A stretch of 20,000 nt of DNA from Ancylonema sp. Taxonomy: Eukaryota. The notes beneath the pieces were generated by a model, which saw nothing but the letters and a program-made list of their open reading frames with translations, made no database searches and had not been told where the DNA came from. Made by a program: the position numbers and the translations under genes. This document shows, one piece after another, positions 10,333 to 20,000 of this stretch; position 1 is the stretch's first letter; every line of letters begins with the position of its first letter. The stretch is taken from contig JBFLGF010000129.1 of NCBI GenBank assembly GCA_050230475.1, positions 54,359-74,358 of the forward strand, in the 5' to 3' direction.

Positions 10333-11116
10333 TTACGCCAAGCACGGCCTGGGGAAGGAGGCCTTTGCCGTGTTTGAGGCGCAGAAGGCAGCAGGGGTAG
10401 AGCCCACTACGGTGACCTACAACATACTCATACACGCGTGCGCAAAAACCGGGATACGCATTGGGAAGGTGATCCAGCTGTACGCACAGATGAGGGAAGC
10501 GGGTCTTGAGCCAGACGGCATCACATTCTCCTCGTGCATTAACGCGTGCGTCAGGGGAGGGCTGCTGGACGACGCGCTCAAAGTGTATTCCGAACTGAAG
10601 AAGTCGGATTGCTGTCTGAACGTGGTGACCTACAGCTGTCTCGTGGACGCGTTGGGGAAGGCAGGGCGGGTGGGGGACGCTGCCGCCGTGTTTTCCGAGA
10701 TGAAGATTGACGGTCACGATCCTAACTCTTGGACATACAACGCTCTCATCAACGCGTACGGTGCGGTGGGGGAACCTGAGGAGGCATACCGCGTGTACAG
10801 AGATATGGAGAGGTGCGGGTGCGAGCCGGACCTGTTCACCTACAACACACTCATCAACGGGTACGGACGGGGGGGGATGTGGAAGGAGGCAGAGGGGCTG
10901 CTGGCAGAGATGGAGGGGCGGGGGTTGAGTCCTGACCGCGTCACGTACAACACGTTGCTTGATGCGTATAGCAAGGGGGGGCATTCGGATCGTGCTTTAG
11001 AGGTGTTGGAGGAGATGCGTCGTCGTGGTTGCAAGCCTGATTTGTACACCTACACCATACTGCTGGACGCGTGCAGGAAGGGGGGGGCAACAGAGCAGGC
11101 AGTCAAAATGTTCCAG
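10333..11116 (+). CDS. PPR gene exon 3 (about 7-8 tandem 35-aa motifs)
   Basis: Acceptor cccag|T TAC GCC. Repeats such as YNILIHACAKTG, YSCLVDALGKAG, YNALINAYGAVG, YNTLINGYGRGG, YNTLLDAYSKGG. Donor CAG|GTGGG. Confidence 0.95.
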
Positions 11117-11331
11117 GTGGGGAAGGCAGGGGGGAATGGAGTGGAGGGAGGGGATGGGGGGGATTGGGGGGGGGCTTGGGGGATGGAGATGAGTCATTCT
11201 AGATCTGATTCTTCTCCACGCAACATCACTCTTGTCATTTTCATCCCCACTCCCTGACTCCCCTCCTTAGGAATGTGTCCCTTAACCTTCCCTAGCCCCT
11301 CCCTCCCCCTCCCCCCCCCCCTTTCCCTCAG

Positions 11332-11520
11332 GACCTTAAATCCGCTGGTCACACCCCCAACGTGGTCGCCTACAGCTGCCTCCTAGGAACACACGGGCAG
11401 TGTGGGGAGTGGGAGGAGGCGGAGGCGGTATGGAGGGAAATGATTGAGGCCGGGTGCCAGCCGGGACCCACGGCCTATGTTGGGCTCATCGACGCGTACA
11501 GCCATCATGGGATGCATGGG
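11332..11520 (+). CDS. PPR gene exon 4
   Basis: Acceptor ccctcag|GAC. Encodes DLKSAGHTPNVVAYSCLLGTHGQCGEWEEAEAVWREMIEAGCQPGPTAYVGLIDAYSHHGMHG. Donor GGG|GTAGG. Confidence 0.92.
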
Positions 11521-12014
11521 GTAGGGGGGAAGGGGCGCGGAAAGATATGTCGGGGGAGAGAGATATATGGAGGGGAGTATGTGTAGGAATGGAAAGAGTG
11601 AACATGAAAAATGGGTAGTCTTTGAGGTGAATTGAGAATTCGTGTACCAAGAATGACATGACCGTGGCAGTGTTCATATTCAAGTAGTCAATCGTCTTTT
11701 GAAACACGTCAATTTATAGGAATCGAATCTATGAAGCAAGAAATGATTGGAAGTGTACGTATGTAGAAAGTAAAGATGTGTGTATGGAAAGCAACCCACG
11801 TGTAGAAAATATTGAGCCCCCAATTCTTTTCTTCCCCCCTACCGTAGTTGGCCTCTGAAAAACCCATGGGCACCACATCCCCCATCGAGTATGTCACAAA
11901 CAAAAAAACACAATATCCTCTTTGAATGGAAAATATTATTTTGGCAATGCCTCAACTCCTGTCCATACCTCCCCCCCCCCCCCCCCCCCCCCGGTGCCTT
12001 CCCCCCCCCCCCAG

Positions 12015-12410
12015 CAAGCCCAATACGTGTTCGACGAAATGGTTTCCCGCGGCATGGGGCCGGAGGTCCGCACCTACACAGCACTCATGAACGCGTACGG
12101 AATCGCGGGCGAGTACCTTCGCTGCCAGTCCCTTTTCCAAGAAATGCAGGCAGCGGGGTTCGTCCCTGACGCGCTCACGTACGCGGTGGTGGTGAGGGCG
12201 TTCGGGAGGGCGGATCGGTTTCATCTTGCGCTGCCCTACTTTGAGTACGTGGCGGCAGAGGGGGACCCTTTGAGTGAGCTGTGTCGTTGTGTCATTCAGG
12301 AGTACAGTGAGGAGTATAGGAGGTGCACGGGACGGCTGCCGGCGGGGGTGACGGAGGTGGGGGAGGACGAGGGGGGGGGGAGGGGGGAGAAGTGGGAGAA
12401 GGTGGCGCAA
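12015..12410 (+). CDS. PPR gene exon 5 (last exon visible)
   Basis: Acceptor cccag|CAA. Encodes QAQYVFDEMVSRGMGPEVRTYTALMNAYGIAG...YAVVVRAFGRAD...KWEKVAQ. Probable donor CAA|GTGGG at 12410/12411; otherwise the frame ends at TGA 12429-12431. Confidence 0.88.
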
Positions 12411-12869
12411 GTGGGGGAGAGGGAGGGGTGAGAGAGAGAGAAGGGGGAGGGAAGGGATTAGGTTTTTGGTTGGGCAACATCGGAATACCCTATCTGCATC
12501 ATACAAATCCAGTAGCAGGGAGAGGATGTGTTCCTTCCAACTTGGCTACTCGGTTTTTGTTGTAGGTGGGGACGGGGGAAGGTTTTGTAACTTTGCCTCC
12601 TCTGTATGCCAATGAAACGATTTTTGCTAAGAGTCCAGGTCAAGCGTTTAAACGCCGTCATCCGATTTCTTATGAATGCGTACTTTTGGAATCGTAGTTC
12701 CTTATCACTAATTTGGTACCGGTAAGTATCGGTAATGTGCCACTATGGTTTGCATCGCGATTTCCAACATGGTCACCACAATCCGACGTTAGTCCATAAA
12801 GTCGGATACGGTTACACAATCATGGTGGAGGTTCATAGGGGAGGGGATTGAGGGAGAAAATTTAAGTCG

Positions 12870-12915
12870 TGGAATCATGGAATCATGGAATCATGGAATC
12901 ATGGAATCATGGAAT
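12870..12915 (+). repeat. (TGGAATCA)n tandem repeat, 5 full units plus a partial
   Basis: Directly visible 8-bp units. Confidence 0.95.
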
Positions 12916-13049
12916 GATACTCTTTCGGGCTAAATGGCTTGGGAAGGTCCGTACAGGGTCCTTACTCGGACCAATCACATCCGGTACATTTTCGTCGAAG
13001 AAAAACATATGTGACCTTAACAAAAAATAGTATGAGGCTCTATGATAAG

Positions 13050-13148
13050 CATAGTTGCGTCCCGGATGGGAGGACTCCGCACGCGTCCGGGCCCGGACGC
13101 GTCCTGGACGCGTCCGGAGATCCCCGGACGCTCGGGGACCTAGCTATG
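13050..13148. mobile_element. Short derivative of the 3331-3619 hAT MITE
   Basis: Begins CATAGTTGCGTCCCGGA, shares GGACGCGTCCGGAGATCCCCGGACG, ends ...GGGGACCTAGCTATG. TSD not clean. Confidence 0.75.
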
Positions 13149-13234
13149 ATAAACGATCGGTTCTAACTCGTCAATTAGTGGAAGCGTATGAGACTTCCAC
13201 GAGAACAATTGCGCGGACCATTAGACTTAGACTT

Positions 13235-13689
13235 AGGTCGTTACTTAGTGTGTCTAAGCTCGCTCCTGAGCTCAATTGTGCCGTGCGCCATGTGCCTAGT
13301 GCCGGAAAACTTCGGAAATCCGAGCTCAGACGCTTTAGCTTTGTGTCGGCGTAATATATTTTTGAGCTCGTTCGAGCTTAGGAATCATTTCCGCTCCTGA
13401 GCTCGAGCGTCGAGCTCGGGAGTGCTGACGTGGTCCTGAGTTCGAAGCCGCCAACCGCGCGAAGCCAATTTTCCGATCCGCCAATCATCGATTTTTACCT
13501 GAACGGGGTTAAGGGGAACGATGCTGACATGGCGAAAATTCAGGAACACTAAACTAACACGATAATTTCGCCAGCCGCCGCGAGCTCAGGAGGCCGAGCT
13601 CAGGAGGAATTTGCTAGCGAACCGTACCCGCGGTTAACACCGGCGAAAATGAGCTCAGGAGCCGAGCTTAGGAACACTAACTAACACCT
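13235..13689. mobile_element. MITE with ~40-bp TIRs (possibly PIF/Harbinger type), rich in GAGCTC motifs
   Basis: AGGTCGTTACTTAGTGTGTCTAAGCTCGCTCCTGAGCTCA vs TGAGCTCAGGAGCCGAGCTTAGGAACACTAACTAACACCT. Internal partial copy of the right TIR at ~13540. Superfamily is a guess. Confidence 0.75.
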
Positions 13690-13801
13690 TTAAGACTTCC
13701 ATAGGACTTCCACGGTCCGGAGTTGGGAACTGGTCGGACCGGGGATTTTATAGGGTTATTATTGTTCTCGGCAATTTTCGGCGGAAAATGGGCATGTCGG
13801 G

Positions 13802-14390
13802 AAACTTTCGAGGTGCACGACAATTGTCAAGACCTTTCCCCACTGGCCTGACCACCCCAACATTTACACCTTCTTCGAAAAGCTCAAACCTGAGCTTCGT
13901 CGGAAGATACTCAAGGTGCAGGACCCCCCTGAGACCTTCTATGAGTATGTTACTTTTGTCAAGAAGGTGGAGAAGGTGGAGAACAGCATGGATGCCAGCA
14001 GTTTGGATCGGCCCTCCAAACCTGCGTACATCCCCCCCTAGGCCAGAGCTGCTGATCAGTTCCCCCAACAAATCCCCTCTCACCTGCAGATCGACATCGA
14101 TGGAACCCGCCGCCAGGTCCTGAAAGTGGAACCAACTGAGATGGCTCGCCGCGTTGCTAGTAACTTGTGCCACTACTGCGGCTTGCCAGGTCATGGCACA
14201 CGGACCTCTCCCAACAAAGGCAAGGCCCGCACCGTGCGCTTCCTAGATCTGCAGCCCGCAGAGCCAAAAAAAGACCACCCCACACAGTCCTAGGAGGGGT
14301 CTGTGCGGGTCCCCTTTCCCTACCCTCCCCTTTCCCCAACCCCGCCAGCTCTTGCTCGCCTGCCAGTTACTACGATGAGCGACATCTCGG
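13802..14390 (+). mobile_element. Ty3/gypsy LTR-retrotransposon gag remnant with degenerate zinc knuckle and gag-pol junction
   Basis: One frame reads ...FFEKLKPELRRKIL...PETFYEYVTFVKKVE...YIPP*ARAA...LQIDIDG...EMARRVASNLCHYCGLPGHGTRTSPNK (CX2CX4HX4C with last C>S), stopping at TAG 14291-14293 after an A7 run. Confidence 0.8.
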
Positions 14391-14399
14391 ATGTGCAAG

Positions 14400-14870
14400 C
14401 AACAATGACAATAAATCACACTATGCAAGCAAGCAGATTGCAAGGCAAAGCACAGTAAACAGAGATACATATTACACGAAAGGCAAGATAGGATGCAAGT
14501 GTCTTCGGCGTTAGATTCAGCGAAGCTGAATTCTGAGTTCGAAATACAACGGTTTTATTCAAATTCTACAGACGACGCTAGACGCGTGGCGATATACAAT
14601 TCAATCTCACAAATATGTCTCGCGCGCAAATGTCTTATCTACAATATCTATCGTCGGATATTCATCGACGGCTAATAAATGCTAAGCAAATCTAATTCGC
14701 ATATTCAGCGCAGGCGGACAACTGGAGCTCGGGAGCGGGACCGGCGAGCGGGGCGACAGTTGTAGTGCGGCGTAACTCTTGATTTTGCGCGGCGCAGACG
14801 TGATTTATTACAAGGAAAAAATTAGTAGATATTAGGGGTAATATAGCTAACGATCTCAGACGTCGTGACA
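14400..14870. repeat. LTR-like repeat, copy A (truncated)
   Basis: Collinear with 15900-16447. Both copies end exactly at ...CGATCTCAGACGTCGTGACA (reverse complement TGTCACG, a typical gypsy LTR terminus). Confidence 0.75.
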
Positions 14871-15099
14871 TTCACGATGTTCACCATTTACGTTACCAAA
14901 ATTGTGTTAGAGTCTCTTAAATTGTCATAGATTATGTTTGTCGTGTGTAAGACATAATCTTTTAGTTTTTTGAAATATGTAGCATTTAACGGTCTGCACG
15001 ACCCTGTCCGATCCCCCGATGCCGTCCGAATCCCGTGTTGTCAGTAGATTCTATACACATTCACGACCGAATCTACCTGTTTTTTTTTTAAATCCGGAG

Positions 15100-15311
15100 T
15101 CAGTGGACATGTACGGACATGTACGGACTGTACGGACGCAAACGTTTGCAAGCGCAAACGTTTGCATCCGTGTAGTCCGTACCCGTTTGCCGCAATTCAC
15201 GGCCGTTTTCCGGACGTTTGCGAGCAATCCGTACAACGTTTGCATTCGCCAGGGCCGGCAGATTGCTCTGGGTTCCGTCCGGAAAATGTGCCGTCCGGAA
15301 AACGGGCCCTG
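15100..15311. repeat. Palindromic remnant of a DNA transposon
   Basis: Hairpin GTACGGACTGTACGGACGCAAACGTTTGC / GCAAACGTTTGCATCCGTGTAGTCCGTAC (15121-15182). IR CGTTTTCCGGACG / CGTCCGGAAAACG. hAT-like end GGGCCCTG at 15311. Confidence 0.5.
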
Positions 15312-15899
15312 TCCCAGTGCAACCTTGATAAGAATAGGAGACTTGGCACGATGCTAGGATATGATTGGTATTGACTAGGTAGTTTCGATGTCTGTCCCAC
15401 TTTGACGTGCCAGATAGGATCGATAGGGTAAAGGGTCGTTGATGACGTAATCAGTTGATGTATGACGTCATAACGTAGTCCATCGACATGAATTGGTGAA
15501 TGTCGATATTGATGACTTTGTAAGTGTAACTGGGCATCTGCCCGAACTAAGGAGTTTGGCGCGCTTGATTCGCGGCAGTGATTGTAAACAATCACCTAAA
15601 CGACAACAGGAACGTCGCCTTGACTCGGCAACTCTCTCACTGCGGGCAAGTTGACAACGCGATAGCTCTACAGGATTCTAAATGCAGGGTATGCGATACA
15701 ATAGCACAGTAAGAACAACAATAGCTCTCGGTCAACGAGCAGCTATTTATGTGTAAGTCTACACTACTTGTAATCAACAGCAAAAAGACTGTGAGTCTGC
15801 ACACCGACTTGCGTCGTTGTAAATGTGTGAGTCACGAAGCTGCGTAGCAAGCAACGATGGTAAAGTACTGAGAGCGACAACTCGATCAGCCAAACGATG

Positions 15900-16447
15900 A
15901 TAATAGCAAGTGACTGGATGCAGATGCAAAGATTGCAAGCAAAGCAAAGCCACACACACAAGATACAATTTACACGAGAGGCAAAGTGGAAATGCAAGTC
16001 TCTTCAGCGTTAGATTCAGCGAAAGCTGAATTCTGAGTTCGAAGTACAAAGATTATATTCAAACTTCTTCGGACAACGCTAGACGCGTATCGATCTACAA
16101 TTCAATCTCTTGAAATATGTCTCGCGCTCAATTGTCTTATCTACAATATCTATCGTCGGATATTCATCGACGGCTATCATTTATGACAAGTCATCACTAG
16201 TTGATTGCTGACTAGTACAAAGGTGCCACGTCGGATAGACGGATAACAAATGCTAAACAAATATAATTCAAATATTGAGCGGGGGCGCAGGCTGACAACT
16301 GGAGCTCGGGAGCGGGACCGGTGAGCGGGGCGGAAGTTGTAGCGCGGCGGAACTCTTGATTTGGCGCGGCGCAGACGTGATTTAATATAGGGAAGAGATT
16401 TAGTAGATATAGGGGTAAAATAGCTAACGATCTCAGACGTCGTGACA
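15900..16447. repeat. LTR-like repeat, copy B (may extend left to ~15310)
   Basis: Diverged copy of 14400-14870 with ~70 extra bp around 16178-16247 and the same GTGACA end. Confidence 0.75.
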
Positions 16448-17229
16448 TCTTTGACTGAGAGGTGCCATGGATCACACTGAGTGTGGGCTTGCATGCAAAT
16501 TTCCGTAATCAATCAGTCTATCTCAAGCTTGCACTTTTGTTTTGTGTGTTTGTAACGCTGTGAATGTTTGCTTCAAGAGTGTGAAGTTTGTTACTTCTTA
16601 CATCGACGACACAAAATAGGAGCAACACCTCCCGGTCCAACTCCACCACCTCCTCACCCCCCCCCCCCATATCCCCCTCCTCCACTTCCTCCCACTTGTA
16701 GGATGCCTCACTGTTTGCATCCTCGAACTGCCCCTCCTCTACGTCCGACTCGTAGATATCTGCCGCCATGCTCACTCCCCCAAAATTGAAGCGCGTTGTG
16801 AAGATGTGAGTTGCGGCACCGCATGCCCTGTAGGCGCGCGGATGGGGAGCGGTGCTCGGTAGTTGCATGCCGACTAGGCGCGGCTATGCGAGTACGGGGT
16901 GTGCGTAAGGAGATGGCTTAGCTATGTGATAGCTTGTACGGTCGTGTAGACCTTGGTATAGTCACGATTGGTACGGTATACTTATAAGGTGTGTTCTTCA
17001 CACGTGTGGCCATACACGATCGATATAGATACGACATGACTGGGGTTCCGAGGTCCCGATTCCGAAACGCAGTCTATCCTTCTAGGCCAAAATACTGGAC
17101 CGGCGGTAGTAGATTACTCTCGATTTTTCTTTCGAAATTTTGAAAAGTACTATGAAGTAAAAACTTCGGAAACATGAATTTTGTTTATCATTTTGGCTTG
17201 TACATTATGAAAACATATACAAAAACGGT

Positions 17230-18540
17230 GAAGTTTGACACTGAGCTTGTTTGTTTGAGCTCGCGCAGATGTCGTTCTTTGGTGAGGCGAGTATCTCCCT
17301 CCCCAAAACAATCCTGAAGATCTTTCAGCAGCCGAACTGCACCAAACCCGTCCGGGAGGTTTCCGCATACCCTACCATTCCTACAATACAACACAGAGCG
17401 GCATTGTCAGGGATCAGGCCGTAACAGTCATGGTACATGACGGGCCGCAAGAAAGAAGGTACCATTTTGTACATGTAGGCGAAAACAAATATAAGGTTGA
17501 CTTTAACCCTAGAGGTGCCAAGTTGATCTGTCTCATTGTGTCCAAGGGTGTGTGCTTCGACTGGATGCAGAACCAGCATCGGATTTCTTTCGCCACTTGA
17601 AGAAAGCACTGAGCTTTGTCTCGCTAGTCCCCTGACACCACACGATTTTGAAAAAGTCAAACGAGAGTGCTCATAATAATACTGAGGATCTCATTGGCAA
17701 AGGATAAGCTTCTAATGGTTGCCCTTATATAAGTCTTGCTCACGAGAGTTCTTTGATGCATAATGCACGTGATATCTTGTATCGTAATCATGACTATTGA
17801 TTTTCCACTCATTAGAAGTTTTTTTTTGGTCTGATTGTGGAGCCAACTGCAAATCAAATCCATTTTTCATCCTATTTCTTCTTATGCTGATGTTCGAAAG
17901 GTGAAACAACCAAAAAAATGGAGGCAAGGATGCACACATCAACATCTTTGTTTACAACTCGTCTGGGCGACAATGTCAACGGGAGTACCCTGTGAGCGGT
18001 GTAGCAGTCCCAAAATGCTTTGTGCGGAATGGGACAGCCTTTGAAGACACTACTTGACCTCATACACTTCAGAAGCTCCTCTCCACTCTCGAAGGGTGGG
18101 GTGTCAGAACTTTTAAAGAACGCATCGTGAGTAATGTATCATTTTTTCGAAGGGGGAGCGGGAATCCTAGCTAGAGACAAGCGTTTGGACACCAAAATAT
18201 ACCGGCAGCAAGTCAAAGCGTACACGCTGCGTTACCATAGAATGTTATTATCCAAGGCATCCAAAATGTCGTGCCGAAAACCAATCTCATAATGCTTCCC
18301 GAATTACGTGCCAGAGATCAAGTCTTCAACGTGAACACACCGTGTTCGACGTGGCAATGTGCAAGAGCCGCTGCCTTTCGATCATCTTCGAGCTGGTCAG
18401 CATCAGCATGTGTCCAACCAAGATTGTTCATTGGACCATCACTAGAAGTGTTCTCCTCGCCTGTGCGATCACTTTCGCTCGAGGAAGCAGCGCTTCGGGC
18501 AGTCATGGAAGGACTCAATTGGTTTAAAGCAAAATACAAG
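17230..18540 (-). pseudogene. Possible decayed coding sequence of unknown origin
   Basis: Minus-strand ORFs 17945-17712 and 17660-17325 are in the same frame, separated by TAG and TGA, with neighbouring ORF pieces in shifted frames. No family recognised. Confidence 0.25.
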
Positions 18541-18734
18541 CCCTCTACGACTGGAAGCTCTGTCGTATTTGTAGGCTGTATGGTTAGACACGCCCGGGTA
18601 TGTCGTTATATTTATGTTTCACGAATCTTCACCGGGATACCATACTCGGCACTGTAAATGATTTCTATTTTTTCAAAACGAATTAGAGCGTACGTAATGC
18701 AGTGATGAGGGCATCTTTTATGACGAGCCGTTTA

Positions 18735-19643
18735 GCACTATTTTCGTTCCGCTTAGCGAGGTAATCATTACCCCGTATTTAAAGGGGTTTCCCCTTAAAC
18801 GGGGGTATCTCCGGTTTTCGAAATTAAGTGGAGCGGGCGAGGACGCCACCGCTGACGTGGCAGACTCAAAAATGGTAACGCGTGCGGGAGCCCATGTGCG
18901 TCTGCCACGTCAGCCTCTTCGTTTTTCGTCGGCCTCTCGTTCTCATTCCTCTGTCCGGGCTGCTTTCACGATTTACCCGCTCTTCGTCAATTCTTCTTCG
19001 ATGTGACAGCGGAGATATACATATTGTTTGTATTTCCTATATATTTTTGAATAATTTTACAAAAATCATTTTGAACGATTAACAAATGTACAGCACTGGA
19101 AATCGTAATACAGCCGAAATGTCGCGCGAATGGTGATAGACGCTCAAAAGTAGGTCGATTTCTCTCCTTCTTCTTTTCAACAAGCGATCGCTTTCTTAAA
19201 CAATCGATTTGTGAAAAAATCAGAATTAATGGTAGAGAATCCACTCGACGCCAGCAAATCGTGTCAGCGACTCCGATGGTGAGGTCGCATGGATTTCAGC
19301 CATGGTGCTGCCCCTGCTCCCTGTCGCCAGAATCCACTGACGCGACAAACACGAGCGATTGACTTCACCTACGCGCTGCTATTGATGCAGTTAAGTGTTC
19401 ACGCATGTGGGCTAAGCGGCCGCACGCGTGGGATTTTTCCACTTAATCAGCGATTAAGAATTGAAGTGGTTTGAGAATCCACTTAACACGGCGCTTTTTA
19501 AGCGGTTCAGTTTTCTGAAATTTCACGGCGATAATCATTAAATTAGGATGCCGTTAATGCCGTAAGGGTTGGAATTTAACGCGAAACCGCTTAATTTTGA
19601 CCCGCTTAGGGCGCAACTCCTCTAAGCGGACGGGAAACAGGTT
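18735..19643. mobile_element. Putative non-autonomous DNA transposon
   Basis: Imperfect TIR CTATTTTCGTTCCGCTTAG (18738) / CTAAGCGGACGGGAAACAG (19622). Subterminal CC(A/G)CTTAA motifs. Internal 15-bp IR GCTGACGTGGCAGAC (18851) / GTCTGCCACGTCAGC (18900). No clean TSD. Confidence 0.5.
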
Positions 19644-19698
19644 ACCCGTACCGGCCAGATTTATACCCTGAAGATTTCAAAAACAATTAATTAAATAG

Positions 19699-19795
19699 CC
19701 CCTACCCCTTTAACCCCTACCCCCAGAACATTTAATAATGTCCCCTACCCCAATCCCCTACCCCTAAACTTGTAAGTGATTATGGTCCCCTACCA
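19699..19795 (+). repeat. Dispersed CCCCTACC(CC) motif cluster (5 copies)
   Basis: Motif at ~19699, 19715, 19742, 19755 and 19787 with variable spacers; likely transposon subterminal repeats. Confidence 0.6.
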
Positions 19796-20000
19796 CGAGA
19801 ACCATAGACGGGTCAGCACTGTGGCCAAGATTTGTGCACGTGTGCGGCAAGCGTGACAATTTCTGTCATCGACTGAAATTTGACTAAGTAGTGAGTACTG
19901 GCCATTTTGCACTGTAAGTAGTTCGATATAACGTCTTAGGCCCTAAATTGAATACCGCCACGTTGTAACCGGTTCACCAAACACATTTCATGAATTTGGA

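Noticed and set aside
8289..10984. Long antisense ORFs over the PPR exons (and similarly over ABCD)
   Set aside because: Shadow ORFs expected from GC-rich coding sequence; no independent motifs.
12566..12697. Candidate sixth PPR exon after ttgtag
   Set aside because: It has an acceptor and an open frame, but the translation shows no PPR/SMR similarity and lacks the gene's codon style. Left unannotated.
12870..12915. Possible CRISPR or telomeric array
   Set aside because: Simple 8-bp tandem repeat without spacers; not a TTTAGGG-type motif.
19699..19795. Interstitial telomere
   Set aside because: Only one CCCTAAA; the recurring unit is CCCCTACCCC with irregular spacers.

Overview
Eukaryotic nuclear DNA, most likely from a streptophyte alga or early-diverging plant (inference from protein similarity). 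It holds three spliced genes. (1) The 3' five exons of a peroxisomal ABCD/COMATOSE-type transporter (+, 1-2384). (2) A nuclear-encoded mitochondrial ribosomal protein L14 (-, 6703-5266). (3) Divergent from it, a P-class PPR gene with about 14 motifs, GUN1/pTAC2-like (+, 8404 to ~12410), whose expected C-terminal exons are not visible. Intergenic DNA is full of non-autonomous transposons: hAT MITEs with CATAGTTG ends and 8-bp TSDs, a Tc1/mariner MITE nested in one of them, a long-TIR element, a Ty3/gypsy gag remnant and two related LTR-like repeats. Two signals stand out. First, single in-frame TAG codons interrupt otherwise intact frames in rpl14, the PPR gene and gag, which raises possible UAG sense decoding; alternative acceptors or CAG>TAG decay are competing explanations. 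Second, G/C skew oscillates in step with splice sites (G-rich around donors, C-rich around acceptors) and extends into synonymous codon choice.
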